A stretch of DNA of 63,934 nucleotides, the filler included, from Acidimicrobiia bacterium (GTDB lineage Bacteria > Actinomycetota > Acidimicrobiia > Spongiisociales > CAZKJJ01), in the NCBI GenBank assembly GCA_046759765.1. It is 6 parts of 6 records of this genome, joined end to end, with 100 filler letters (N's around TTAATTAATTAA, not from the genome) between each part and the next. Parts side by side here need not be neighbours in the genome. Positions count along the whole stretch, not along the records: positions 1 to 11,478 come from JBHICV010000070.1; 5 more parts are not named here. One strand, given 5' to 3'. Positions within the stretch are counted from its first letter, which is position 1; each line of letters opens with the position of its first letter. This document shows positions 1 to 9,620 of the stretch, in pieces. Made by a program: the position numbers and the translations under genes. Below the pieces are notes generated by a model. It had not been told where the DNA came from, searched no databases, and worked only from the letters and a program-made list of their open reading frames with translations.

Positions 1-966
1 CGGTGGTCGCCGTCCCAGCTCACCCTCAACGATCGTGGCGAGCTGGCGATGGCCCGGCAGCGAGCCGGGCAGCTCGAAGTAGAGGGGTTCCACGTGGGAA
101 TAGCGCTCCGAGAGCTGACTCACCTCCTGCTCGTCGTAGATCGGTGCAACGGATAACACCTCCCGTGATCCAGGAGGAGCCCAAGGCTTTCCCGCCGCCA
201 GCTCGGTGAGGTTGGCGTCCAGCCAGCGTGCCACCCAGCGTGATCGATCGCCGGGGATCCAGTCGGCACGTCCCAGCACCACCATCGCCACGGCTTCGGC
301 CATGTCCTCCGCCGGGTCGACACCGCCGTACTGGGTGGTGGCCCCCGAGGTCGTAGGCAACCTCCACTCTGCTTGCGTGGGGTCGTCGGACGTGTTGCGC
401 CATCCGGTGGCGGCGGCAAAGTCGGCCACGAGCCGCGACCCACTGCTTGGATCGACTCTGGGAACTGCGCCGGTCAGAGCCGAGTCGATATAGGCGTCGC
501 TCAGGGTCAAGAACTGGGCCACATGGGCCAGCTCGTGAAAGTAAGAGCGTGCGAGGTCGAAGCGGGTGACGGGGCCGTCCGGATCGGTGAAGCTCCGATC
601 GACGAGGTAGACGTCGGGTCCGAGCGTGAACGCGCGGGCGTCTATGTGAGCTGGATCGGGCGACGAGATCGTCGGAACTCGCACCACGGCGCGTGGTGCC
701 GCCACCCGGTCGAGCTCGGGAGGAACCTCTGCTATCGCGCCGGCAAGCCGTTCCAATTCGTCAGCGTTAGGCCGGGTGTGGGAACCGAGCACGGTCGTTC
801 CCGAGATGTTCCGCTCCCAGTCGATGTCCTCCGGCAGCGGTGAGCCCAGGTCCGAGATGAGCTGATCGTCCGCGAGGTCGTATTGAGTGGGGGCCGCCGG
901 GTCGGGGAGGCCCGTGCTGCCGCATGCGACGACGAAGGCGGCGACGAATAACAGGCGGCCAAGCAC
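1..966 (-). CDS. Lipoprotein with zincin (HExxH...E) metallopeptidase motif, 3' end runs off window; absent from ORF track
   Basis: Manual translation from GTG at 966 is open to base 1: MLGRLLFVAAFVVAC (lipobox) ... ARAFTLGPDVY ... FHELAHVAQF ... TQYGGVDPAEDMAE. Confidence 0.8.
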   Translation of the reverse strand, partial: MLGRLLFVAAFVVACGSTGLPDPAAPTQYDLADDQLISDLGSPLPEDIDWERNISGTTVLGSHTRPNADELERLAGAIAEVPPELDRVAAPRAVVRVPTISSPDPAHIDARAFTLGPDVYLVDRSFTDPDGPVTRFDLARSYFHELAHVAQFLTLSDAYIDSALTGAVPRVDPSSGSRLVADFAAATGWRNTSDDPTQAEWRLPTTSGATTQYGGVDPAEDMAEAVAMVVLGRADWIPGDRSRWVARWLDANLTELAAGKPWAPPGSREVLSVAPIYDEQEVSQLSERYSHVEPLYFELPGSLPGHRQLATIVEGELGRRPP

Positions 967-1047
967 AGCCTGTCTTGTAGCAGGATGCGGCCGCTTTACG
1001 AGGTTTCCCGTGGAGTACCCTCCCCAGAAACCGAAGGGAGTGAAGTC

Positions 1048-1983
1048 ATGGCAAGGGTGACCGTGGTCGGAGCCGGCAAGTACGGCTCGACCACTGTTCA
1101 ACGGTTGGCCGAGGCCGATCTCAGCGACGAAGTCGTCATGATCGACATCATCGAGGATCTGCCACAAGGACTGGCCTTGGACATGAACCAGTCGCGTCCA
1201 GTCGAGGGCTACCGCACCAAAGTCGTCGGCACCAACGACTACAAGGACACCGCTGACAGTGATGTGGTTGTCATCACTGCCGGCCGGCCGCGCAGCCCGG
1301 GCATGAGCCGGATGGACTTATTGGAGGTCAACGCCAGGATCGTCAAGGACGTCACTACCCGCGTCATGGAGCACTCACCCGAGGCCACGCTGATCGTGGT
1401 GACCAACCCCCTCGATCACATGACCACCTTGGCGGCGGAGGTGTCCGAGCTGCCCAAGAGCAAGGTGATGGGACAGGCGGGGATCCTCGACAGCTCTAGG
1501 TTCGCATACTTCATCTCCGAGGAGACCGGCACGGAGATCCTGGAGGTCGAGGCCCTGACGCTCGGTTCACATGGCGACACGATGGTTCCAGTACCGAGTC
1601 AGAGCACGGTGGCGGGGCGGCCCCTTGCAGAGGTGCTCGACTCGGAGACGATCGATCGGCTGGTCGAAAGGACGCGGGACGCGGGTGCCGAGATCGTGGG
1701 CCTGCTGAAAACGGGATCTGCCTACTACGCACCTGCCTCAGCGGCGAAAGCGATGGTTGCCGCCGTGCTCGGGGACACGAAGGAGACGCTTCCAGTGTGC
1801 GCCTGGGTTGACGGCGAGTACGGTATCCACCACATCTATCTGGGTGTCCCGGCCCGGTTGGGGGCCAACGGAGTGGAGGAGATCGTCGAACTCGACTTGA
1901 CTACCTCCGAATTGGCCTCGCTGCGTGACGCAGCCGAAGCTGTCAGAGAGAAGGTGGGCGAGCTGGAGGAGGTGACTTACTGA
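1048..1983 (+). CDS. mdh: Malate dehydrogenase (LDH-like)
   Basis: GAGKYG Rossmann motif, ITAGRPRSPGMSRMDLL, VTNPLD, LDSSRF, GSHGD, GSAYYAPA; SD GAAGGGAG before ATG 1048. Confidence 0.95.
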   Translation: MARVTVVGAGKYGSTTVQRLAEADLSDEVVMIDIIEDLPQGLALDMNQSRPVEGYRTKVVGTNDYKDTADSDVVVITAGRPRSPGMSRMDLLEVNARIVKDVTTRVMEHSPEATLIVVTNPLDHMTTLAAEVSELPKSKVMGQAGILDSSRFAYFISEETGTEILEVEALTLGSHGDTMVPVPSQSTVAGRPLAEVLDSETIDRLVERTRDAGAEIVGLLKTGSAYYAPASAAKAMVAAVLGDTKETLPVCAWVDGEYGIHHIYLGVPARLGANGVEEIVELDLTTSELASLRDAAEAVREKVGELEEVTY

Positions 1984-2054
1984 GCCAGTAACCCTTGGGC
2001 CACAAGGGTTCATGCCTAAAATCACGGGTCCTTATTTCTCCCATAGGAGGGGGT

Positions 2055-2327
2055 ATGAACAAAAGTGATCTAGTAGACAAGGTCGCGTCGGAGACCTCGA
2101 GCAGCAAAGCCGCCGCCGGTGCGGCTGTTGATGCCGTAATTGGGAGCATCGTCTCCGGATTGCAGTCGGGCGAGAAGGTCCAGATCTCCGGATTCGGTAC
2201 ATTCGAGGTTCGCCACCGCGCCGCCCGTACGGCCCGCAACCCTCAAACGGGCGCTGACGTATGGGTTCCGGCCCGCAACGCCCCCGCTTTCAAGGCAGGC
2301 AAGGCGTTGAAGGACGCGGTCAACTAG
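2055..2327 (+). CDS. hup: HU family DNA-binding protein
   Basis: MNKSDLV...[21 protein letters not shown]...[21 protein letters not shown]. Confidence 0.95.
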   Translation: MNKSDLVDKVASETSSSKAAAGAAVDAVIGSIVSGLQSGEKVQISGFGTFEVRHRAARTARNPQTGADVWVPARNAPAFKAGKALKDAVN

Positions 2328-2348
2328 GAAGCAGTTTCTAAGTCGTAA

Positions 2349-2380
2349 GGGGGGCGCCGTCCGGGGGGACCGGCGCCTCC
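2349..2380. terminator. GC-rich hairpin between convergent hup and SCP2 genes
   Basis: GGGGGCGCCG...CGGCGCCTCC inverted repeat; no clear U-tract. Confidence 0.55.
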
Positions 2381-2386
2381 GTCGCG

Positions 2387-2773
2387 TCAGAAGTCGACTT
2401 CGATGCCTTCGTTGGCGGCCCGCCACTGGGAGATGACATTGGTGTGCATCATGAGCTTGGCCAGGTTGCCGGTAGCTTTCAGCTTGCCGCTGAAGAAGGC
2501 CGACTCGGTGTTCAGCTCTCCCTTGGTGATGGCCACCGCCGTCTCGTAGTCGTTAGCGATCTGGACGTCGGAATCCTCGACTTCGCCCAACTCGACCGAA
2601 GCGTTTCCGCCAGAGGCCTGGAAGTGGTAGTGAACGTCCCCGTCGGGTGCGTCCGAGACCGTGAACTGGATGGTCAGGTCCACGTCCGCGACTGCGCCCT
2701 TGAAGCCTTCGTGGCTGTTCAGAGCGGTGGTAACTGCCTCGGTCCACCCCTCGCTGAGGAATTGCACGCCCAT
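2387..2773 (-). CDS. SCP2 sterol-binding domain protein
   Basis: FLSEGW...DYETAVAITKGELNTESAFFSGKLKATGNLAKLM. Confidence 0.85.
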   Translation of the reverse strand: MGVQFLSEGWTEAVTTALNSHEGFKGAVADVDLTIQFTVSDAPDGDVHYHFQASGGNASVELGEVEDSDVQIANDYETAVAITKGELNTESAFFSGKLKATGNLAKLMMHTNVISQWRAANEGIEVDF

Positions 2774-2788
2774 CGATCGCAACCTTTC

Positions 2789-3682
2789 CTAGACGCTCGG
2801 AATGGTAGCCCCCGCCTCGTGAAGCGGAGCAAGGGCGCGTGCGATGCCGTCGAACACGTCGTGTGAGACCGGGCGGAGAGGAAGTCGTGGCAAGCCCGGC
2901 CGCAGCCCGGCGATCTCGGCGGCCGCTTTCACTCCCGGTACCCGATGCGGCTCGATTATAGCTGCGGCTTCTGCGAGCGAATGCTGCCACCGCTCTGCTT
3001 CGGCCGCGTTGGCAGCAAGAGTCACTCCGAGAACGTGCTCGGGGAGGTAGTTGCAGCTGGCGGTGATGGCGCCGTAGGCACCGGCTGCGAGCGCTGCCTG
3101 TAGGACGGCCGTTGCGCCAGCGAACAGAAAGAAGCCGTCAGGGACGGACGCCGCGATCCGACCCATCCTGGCGGCATCGCCCCCTGAGTCCTTCATTCCT
3201 GCTATCGCTTCGTGTGAGGCAAGTTGGGCGACCACCTCCACGGGGGGCTCGTAAGCGGTATAGAGGGGGACCGAGTAGATCAGTATCGGAAGGCGGGCGG
3301 AGTCGGCCAGCCTGCGGTAGTGCTCCGCCACCGCGTCGTGATGTCCACGAATCAGCGTCGTGGGCGTCATGACGAGACCCGCGTCTGCGCCTCCGTCGGT
3401 TGCTTCCTCGAGCTGACGCATAGCCGCGCGCCGCGTCTCGGCGGCGATGCCACAGAGCAGAAACGGATCCGAGCCGAGCTCGTCGCGTGCCCACTGGAGG
3501 AGCCTCATCCTCTCGCCCTCTTCGAGATACGGCCCCTCGCCTGTAGACCCGCCCAGGAGAAATCCTTCGATACCACGCTCGGCCAGCTGTCGAAGGTTAT
3601 GCCGATGGGCGGCCTCGTCGAGCTCACCTAGACCGTCGAAAGGGGTGATCAGAGCCGGCATGGCCTGGGGCGGAACCCGCAT
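2789..3682 (-). CDS. Dihydrodipicolinate synthase / N-acetylneuraminate lyase family aldolase
   Basis: PALITPF, GSTGEG, LIYSVP, GMKDSGGD (Schiff-base Lys), PRLPL. Confidence 0.9.
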   Translation of the reverse strand: MRVPPQAMPALITPFDGLGELDEAAHRHNLRQLAERGIEGFLLGGSTGEGPYLEEGERMRLLQWARDELGSDPFLLCGIAAETRRAAMRQLEEATDGGADAGLVMTPTTLIRGHHDAVAEHYRRLADSARLPILIYSVPLYTAYEPPVEVVAQLASHEAIAGMKDSGGDAARMGRIAASVPDGFFLFAGATAVLQAALAAGAYGAITASCNYLPEHVLGVTLAANAAEAERWQHSLAEAAAIIEPHRVPGVKAAAEIAGLRPGLPRLPLRPVSHDVFDGIARALAPLHEAGATIPSV

Positions 3683-3702
3683 CGAGCGGAATCTAACGCC
3701 CG

Positions 3703-5157
3703 TCAGCGGATGAGTCTGAAGACGACCTGGTTGGGATCTCCGGGGTAGGGCCAGCGGGCATTCTCGGGCATCATGCCCGCCTCGAGGATGAAGGCGGTTA
3801 CGGCCTCGAGACCTCTTATCCCGCTGCCCGGGGTCCCGCACGTCGAGACCGGGTCGGGTCCGCAAGGGCCGCTATCAGCTATTCCTGGCGTATGAACGAT
3901 TTCGCAGCTGAGGGCCGAACAGCCATAGAAAGTCGAGTCCAGATAGACGGGCCGGAAGGTCTCGATTCGGTAGAGGCTTCCCGGTGGCCCGAAGTCGTCT
4001 TCCCACATCTCCGGTACGAATCCGAAGCGAAATGCATCCGAAATGTCGGGTACGAAGATCACTTGATCGGCCAGGGGATCCCAATTCTCGAGGCAGTTCT
4101 GCATCGAGAGCACGTCGGAAACCGAGCCGCACGGGTGTCCGAGCGGGAACGGGCGTAAGTAGTCCCATAGAGGAGTGTCGTCAATGCTGGTGGTGGGATT
4201 GCCGCCCTGCGGCCCGCGAACGGTTATGCGGTTTCCTCCCTGGGAGAGTCTCCCTGGGTAGGGCCCGGTCAACGAATGAACAGAGCCTCCATGAGTCAGC
4301 CCGGCATCGAGGTTGCTGCCTACTCCCGGCTGTCCGAGCGCCATGTTGGGCTCTGCGTACCAGATAGGACACATTGTCTGCTCCTCGACGCCGGGACCTA
4401 GACCGGTCGGGTGCTGACGCATCGGATGGTCGACACCACGGGCTATGTTCGAAAGCAGGCGTCCATTCGTGTCGCCGGTGCATTCGATGGTCGTGCCCAT
4501 TTTGTAGTTCCCATAGAGAAACACGTCCATCGAGCCGAAGTTGCCAGTGGTGGGAAGATCGTCGCAGTCGCCCCAGCTCGGGTTACCCGAGGTCTTCAGG
4601 CAGTTGTATGTCGTGTTGCCTGCGTTGCCGGGCAGGAGGAAGGGCAGAATGCTTCCGCTGCGAAGGTCGCCTTCTGCCTCCGCCTGGGCACTCGTCTGCA
4701 GTGCAAGAACCCCGAGGAATCCCCCAAAGGTGGTCTCTACGTCGATCGTGGGGATCCGGACCCACGCCCGCTGAAGGTTCTCGGTAAAAGCGACGCAGTT
4801 GGAAACGGGCGAGATGTTCGTGTAATCCGCCGGAGGAGTGCTGCACTTCGCGGGGTCCGCCCAATCGGCCGCGGCCGGGTCGTCGAGAGAGGCGGTGGCG
4901 ACCGCAATGGCCTCGCTGGCACCGCTGGTCAGAGCAGCGTTGATGCAGGCGCTCGTAGATCCGCAACCCGTGCCCGGGCGGGCGAACTGGACCGCGGCAA
5001 GGGAGGCGACGTCCGCAGCCGATTGGTCCTGTCGACGCTCGTTGAACCCGGCTCCCACGTCGATGACAAGCGCTGCCATGCCCATGATGAGGAGCATCGA
5101 TCCGGCGACGACCAGGGCTGAAGCCCCGTCGTCTCGCCGAAGGAATTGCCGGATCAC
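3703..5157 (-). CDS. TadG-like Flp pilus pseudopilin/tip protein
   Basis: DDG|ASALVVAG...LVIDVG...QSAADVASLAA Tad N-terminus; Cys-rich C-terminal domain. Confidence 0.85.
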   Translation of the reverse strand: MIRQFLRRDDGASALVVAGSMLLIMGMAALVIDVGAGFNERRQDQSAADVASLAAVQFARPGTGCGSTSACINAALTSGASEAIAVATASLDDPAAADWADPAKCSTPPADYTNISPVSNCVAFTENLQRAWVRIPTIDVETTFGGFLGVLALQTSAQAEAEGDLRSGSILPFLLPGNAGNTTYNCLKTSGNPSWGDCDDLPTTGNFGSMDVFLYGNYKMGTTIECTGDTNGRLLSNIARGVDHPMRQHPTGLGPGVEEQTMCPIWYAEPNMALGQPGVGSNLDAGLTHGGSVHSLTGPYPGRLSQGGNRITVRGPQGGNPTTSIDDTPLWDYLRPFPLGHPCGSVSDVLSMQNCLENWDPLADQVIFVPDISDAFRFGFVPEMWEDDFGPPGSLYRIETFRPVYLDSTFYGCSALSCEIVHTPGIADSGPCGPDPVSTCGTPGSGIRGLEAVTAFILEAGMMPENARWPYPGDPNQVVFRLIR

Positions 5158-5612
5158 GAACAGGCAGCCGGCAGCCCGGTATCGGCCCAGGTCGCAGTCT
5201 GCTCGAGCCTTACCTCGACGCTCGACGACAGCGTTAGGGGGGACGGTATCGCCCAGTCGAGCAGGCCCGTTATCGTGGATCCAGGTGCGGCGATCGTCGC
5301 AACGGCCGGATCCCCGATGTCGCCCGCACCCGTTATGCCGACCGTGACTCCCGAGACTGTGTCCATCCGGCCGCAGATCTCGGCCACGATGTCCACCGTC
5401 TGGGCGCTGCCGCTGTTGCCGTTGGGGTTGTAGTTGACGGCGACGAGGCGGGCTCCCTCGCGCGCACCGTGCCGCACATTGAGATTCTGAGAGAACAGCC
5501 AGCCGAACTCCACCATCCCCACCAGGATCAAGACGAGGAAGGGAATCACCAACGCGAACTCGACGATGGCCGCTCCTCGATCCGATCGTTCGAGTCGGAA
5601 GAATCTCGGCAT
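5154..5612 (-). CDS. TadE-like pseudopilin
   Basis: RG|AAIVEFA prepilin motif, GMVEFG, AREGAR. Confidence 0.9.
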   Translation of the reverse strand: MPRFFRLERSDRGAAIVEFALVIPFLVLILVGMVEFGWLFSQNLNVRHGAREGARLVAVNYNPNGNSGSAQTVDIVAEICGRMDTVSGVTVGITGAGDIGDPAVATIAAPGSTITGLLDWAIPSPLTLSSSVEVRLEQTATWADTGLPAACS

Positions 5613-5728
5613 GTCACTCCTGCGCTCGGTGGAGCACCGAGGCCCCCGGCCCCGGCCACCCCGCCTCTCAGCCCAGGATGTGTGCGCTAGCTAGCGCATA
5701 GAGTGGTTATCGTCCCACTCTGAGTGAA

Positions 5729-5756
5729 ACTGTACCAGGCGCCCTCGCTATGGCAA
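5729..5756 (-). promoter_or_regulatory. Putative sigma-A promoter for the last Tad cassette
   Basis: Minus strand TTGCCA-N16-TACAGT with TG extended -10. Confidence 0.5.
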
Positions 5757-5759
5757 TGC

Positions 5760-7106
5760 CTACTCGTCGAGCGTGACGATGTAACGACTGGGCTGGCCTT
5801 GGCCGGGCTCCCATCCGTTCACGCAGCTCGAGTTCGGGCCGTACCAGATGACGAAGGAATCGGTGATCTTGAGCACGTCCCCATTGTTGAGATCGGTGTC
5901 GTAGAGCGGCCGGTCCATAAAGATGTCGTAGAAGCCGATGACTTTCACATCCTTGTTACCGCTAGGAGATAGCGGTGGCGGCTGGAGGGTTCCATTCCAC
6001 AGCAGGTCGTCAGTTACCACTGGTATCTCCGCCAGGCGAGGCGAGTCGCATTTGTACACCGGTCCGTCGTAGTAGATGTGCCGTTCGTTGGGATCAGTAA
6101 CGGTCATGAAGTCGCCATGCACTTGCGGCACCCAGGGCGACTTCCACGTCCCCAGGGCCGGATCGTCGATCATTCCGTCCGCGACCGCCTGTTGGATGTT
6201 GGCCAGTCCGTAGATGGTCGTCGCGTTGCTCGGGTCCAGTGGATAGGAAAGCGGGGGGCTGCTGGTGTCGTTGAGGCTGTAGTGCCAGTAGTCACCGTCT
6301 ACCTCTCGACTCTGGGGCGTGAAGAACTTCCGTCCCCAGTTGAGGGAGGCGGGTCCGAGATTTTCGAGCCGTCCGTCAACGGCAGCCGAGTTGCTGCCGC
6401 GCACGAGACCGTCCGAGAGATGCCCGGCGGAGACCCCGGTGTCGGTCTCGAAGACCCAGCAGGTGGGATCACCGGCCTGACAGGTCGGCACTCCGCTGGC
6501 ATCGAGGAACGCGTAGTCGGCGGAGAGGTCGGGCTGTGTGCCCAGTGAGATGTTGCGGATGATCCAGTTGCTGGTTCCGTTGCTGTCGTCCCGTGGAACA
6601 CGGAGCGGCTGGCAATTGCCGGAATTGCAAGGGTTGCCGACCTGAAGCGTTCCGTCGAAGAAGCCGCCTCCCGGGGCACCGAAAGGCAGGTCTCCGCCAC
6701 CGACCTGGAAGTAGCAGCTGGCGACGGCGCGGTCAGCGATATCGATCTGGCTAACCCCGATCACGGGCGACACCTGACCGTCGATCGAAGTAGTGATGAT
6801 GGCCTCGACCGAGGCGGGCGCATAGTTGGGGTTGAGGATGAGCTCGCCCGGGCTGTAGCCGTTGGCGAGAGCGAAGACCTCGCCGGCTGCGATCGGGTCA
6901 TCTCCGTGGCACTTCGCCCAGGCGGCGGCAATAGCGGCATGGTCAGCCCCGTTCTGGACGCTCCGGTGCTCGTCCAAGCCCCGCCCCCCATCGAGGGCCA
7001 GGGCGACGAGGGCGAAGACAAGAAGCAGCACGATGGCAGCGACGACGAGAGCCGCTCCATGCTCCTGGCTGAGACGGTTCTTCAAGGACGAAGCTCTTTC
7101 GATCAC
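5760..7106 (-). CDS. TadG-like Flp pilus pseudopilin/tip protein
   Basis: HG|AALVVAA...LALDGG...VQNGADHAAIAAA. Confidence 0.85.
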   Translation of the reverse strand: MIERASSLKNRLSQEHGAALVVAAIVLLLVFALVALALDGGRGLDEHRSVQNGADHAAIAAAWAKCHGDDPIAAGEVFALANGYSPGELILNPNYAPASVEAIITTSIDGQVSPVIGVSQIDIADRAVASCYFQVGGGDLPFGAPGGGFFDGTLQVGNPCNSGNCQPLRVPRDDSNGTSNWIIRNISLGTQPDLSADYAFLDASGVPTCQAGDPTCWVFETDTGVSAGHLSDGLVRGSNSAAVDGRLENLGPASLNWGRKFFTPQSREVDGDYWHYSLNDTSSPPLSYPLDPSNATTIYGLANIQQAVADGMIDDPALGTWKSPWVPQVHGDFMTVTDPNERHIYYDGPVYKCDSPRLAEIPVVTDDLLWNGTLQPPPLSPSGNKDVKVIGFYDIFMDRPLYDTDLNNGDVLKITDSFVIWYGPNSSCVNGWEPGQGQPSRYIVTLDE

Positions 7107-7114
7107 CAGTTACC

Positions 7115-7516
7115 TCATGGATAGGGACTGCACGTGTTTTCGGAGACGATCTGACCCGTGAAGGTTCGCGAAAGGGTGAGGTTCCCGCCCAGCATCGGCC
7201 CCAGGATCGGTGTGATGTAGTCGTGGTCGTAGGTGACGGTCACCGCCACCTGGTCGGGGACCGAGCAGTCGATGCCGATGTTGGCGGCCGTAAGCGTCGG
7301 GTTGTCGATGCTCGAGGTGATGCGCTGAATCGTCAGCAGCGGATCGAAAGGCTCGAAGGAGGCGTAAATGGCGCCCTCTTGCGCGGCCTCCTTCAGGGCC
7401 AGGTCCGTATAAAGAGCCCGGCCGAGGTCGACGATGCCGAGAACGAGCAGGAGGAAGAGGGGTGTCACCAGGGCCATCTCCACCGCGGAGGCGCCTCGCT
7501 CGGATTCGAATCTCAT
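7115..7516 (-). CDS. TadE-like pseudopilin
   Basis: RG|ASAVEMA, GIVDLGR, AAQEGA. Confidence 0.9.
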   Translation of the reverse strand: MRFESERGASAVEMALVTPLFLLLVLGIVDLGRALYTDLALKEAAQEGAIYASFEPFDPLLTIQRITSSIDNPTLTAANIGIDCSVPDQVAVTVTYDHDYITPILGPMLGGNLTLSRTFTGQIVSENTCSPYP

Positions 7517-7520
7517 TGCG

Positions 7521-8018
7521 CTACCCCTTGAAGATCGTGCGACGGTCGGTCGAGGTGAGGGTCACCGGGCCGAGGAGGTCCCCAATCAGCGGGATCCCCG
7601 TCTGGAAGTCGGCCGTCACCGTCACGATGATCCGATCACCCGAGTCGAAGGTGTCGGCCGAAGGCGGCGTTCCTGCTGGGCAGGTGGCTAACAGCGGCGT
7701 GCCCGGGCCGTTGTCATAACTGATGTCGATCGCTGAATCCAACAGCGTGAGCATCACGGCGGGACTGCGGGCCGCAGCCCGGATCTCGGCACAGTCGGTG
7801 TAGCGGGGGATCCCATTGACGCTCATGCCTACGGCCGATCCGTAGCGGGCGGCGTCTCGGCTGGCGGTCTCGACCTCAGTGGCGATGGCTATGAAGCGGC
7901 CAAACTCTGCGATGCCGAAGATCATCAGCAACAGAAGCGGCATGATCAATGCGAACTCGACCAGGGAGGCACCCCGGTCGTTATCCCGCTGAAGTAAATA
8001 CCGCCTTGTCGCCCCCAA
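7521..8018 (-). CDS. TadE-like pseudopilin
   Basis: RG|ASLVEFA, GIAEFGR, ASRDAARY. Confidence 0.9.
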   Translation of the reverse strand: MGATRRYLLQRDNDRGASLVEFALIMPLLLLMIFGIAEFGRFIAIATEVETASRDAARYGSAVGMSVNGIPRYTDCAEIRAAARSPAVMLTLLDSAIDISYDNGPGTPLLATCPAGTPPSADTFDSGDRIIVTVTADFQTGIPLIGDLLGPVTLTSTDRRTIFKG

Positions 8019-8085
8019 CCCCCTCCCCCTTTCGCGCGCTCAGTAGTCGAATGGATAGTTCCGACTACTTTGAGCGTTGACACGT

Positions 8086-8115
8086 AGCGTAGTCACATAC
8101 CACGCAAAGTGGCAA
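8086..8115 (-). promoter_or_regulatory. Putative sigma-A promoter for the TadE-TadE-TadG cassette at 5760-8018
   Basis: Minus strand TTGCCA-N18-TACGCT, followed by a long leader hairpin at 8037-8076. Confidence 0.5.
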
Positions 8116-8129
8116 GTGGTTGGTGCTAG

Positions 8130-9620
8130 CTATCCGTTCGGTATCAGGTGAACGGGATTGCCGACTACGTAAGCCCGCCACGTGGTGGTGTCCTGGGCGG
8201 TACCGCTGTAGTCGTAGTCGACCTGCCACCAGCAGGTGGCGCCACAGGCGTAGGTGTCGGGGAGGTCCATCTCGACCTTCAACCAGTCACCGTTGTAGTC
8301 GTTGGCCGGGCGCGTGGCGTTGATCGAGCACGGCGTGAGGGTGCCTCGTGGGGTCCAGCTGCTCGTGAAGTCCGGCTTCTCAAAGAACCGGCACGACGGC
8401 CAGGTCCCACCGGTAGGTGCGACGATATTGATGATGTTGGGCACGTTGTGCTGGGCGTCGCCCGGGTCGTACAGCTCGACGACGAAGGTCTTGCCCCGGT
8501 AGAAGTCCGCCACCTCGGCCAGGTAGAAGTTCGGCGCTCCGGCGGTGATGTTGTTGAACAGAGACATGTCGCCGAGGGCATAGAGCCGGGGACTGCCGCC
8601 GCTGCCCAGAACGCGGATCGAGTAGCGGTTGAGCCCGGTGTCGTCGGCCGGGTTCGAAGTCAGCACGCGGATCCGGACCGGGTAGATGGCCTGCACCGGG
8701 TTGTTGACCGAGCAGTGGGTGACCCACACGTAGGGGTCGGTATCCGGGACCTCGGGCAGCGGCCCGTAGCTGCTCGTGCAGCCGGCCACTGGGACGTTGT
8801 CCGAAAGATCGAGGGGCGTCGGATCGGGATTGAAGACGGTGACCTGCACCGTATGGCCGGCTCCTCCGCAGCCGCCGCAGACGTTGTGGTCACCAGTGCG
8901 CTTGTGGTCACCGCCGGGGACGTGGAGGTTCATGTCGAGCAGCTGGAGCGTGAAGGAGGAAGTCCCGGGATCGTCGACCTCGATCCCGTAGGTATATCCG
9001 TTAGCTCGCCAGCCGTCCTGCGGTCCAGGACAGCCGGCTCCGCTGCTCGAGCCGTCGTTGCAGTAGGACGAGTGGCCATCACCCATTCGTGTGGTGGTGA
9101 AGCGGCCGTGAATGTTGGCCCAGAACTCCGGGCATCCGGGCCCGCCACCGGCACAGCCGGGTGGGTTCCCAAACAGGTTGTCGGGGCTGCCCATCGGTAG
9201 CGGTGGTATGTACTCGGCGGTGGCTGTTCTGGTTATCGACTGGAAGTCCTGACCAAAAACTCTCAAGAAGAACGTGGGTACGACGTCACTGACGGTCACC
9301 CGGAGTTGATGAGGCTCATCGGGGACCATCGCCGGACTGACGATGGCGCTGTCGACTCCGGTCACATACCCGTTGGCCGAGGCGATCGAGTGAGCGTCGG
9401 TCGAGGCCTGCGGAAAGTTCTGAGGCATGTGGATGACTCCGCCGAGAGCGGCCGCATCGGCAGCCCGCTGAATCCGGTTGGCATTGACGTAGAACCAGCC
9501 CAGGTCGGTGGCGAACGCCGATAGCCCGAGGAGCAGGACCATCGCCACGGCCGTCAGTGTCAGGATGCCGCCCTCTTCACTTCGATGGATAGAAGCCAGA
9601 CGTGAGTACAGAGAACTCAT
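8130..9620 (-). CDS. TadG-like Flp pilus pseudopilin/tip protein
   Basis: EEG|GILTLTA...FATDLG...IQRAADAAALGG; Cys/Trp-rich C-terminal domain. Confidence 0.85.
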   Translation of the reverse strand: MSSLYSRLASIHRSEEGGILTLTAVAMVLLLGLSAFATDLGWFYVNANRIQRAADAAALGGVIHMPQNFPQASTDAHSIASANGYVTGVDSAIVSPAMVPDEPHQLRVTVSDVVPTFFLRVFGQDFQSITRTATAEYIPPLPMGSPDNLFGNPPGCAGGGPGCPEFWANIHGRFTTTRMGDGHSSYCNDGSSSGAGCPGPQDGWRANGYTYGIEVDDPGTSSFTLQLLDMNLHVPGGDHKRTGDHNVCGGCGGAGHTVQVTVFNPDPTPLDLSDNVPVAGCTSSYGPLPEVPDTDPYVWVTHCSVNNPVQAIYPVRIRVLTSNPADDTGLNRYSIRVLGSGGSPRLYALGDMSLFNNITAGAPNFYLAEVADFYRGKTFVVELYDPGDAQHNVPNIINIVAPTGGTWPSCRFFEKPDFTSSWTPRGTLTPCSINATRPANDYNGDWLKVEMDLPDTYACGATCWWQVDYDYSGTAQDTTTWRAYVVGNPVHLIPNG

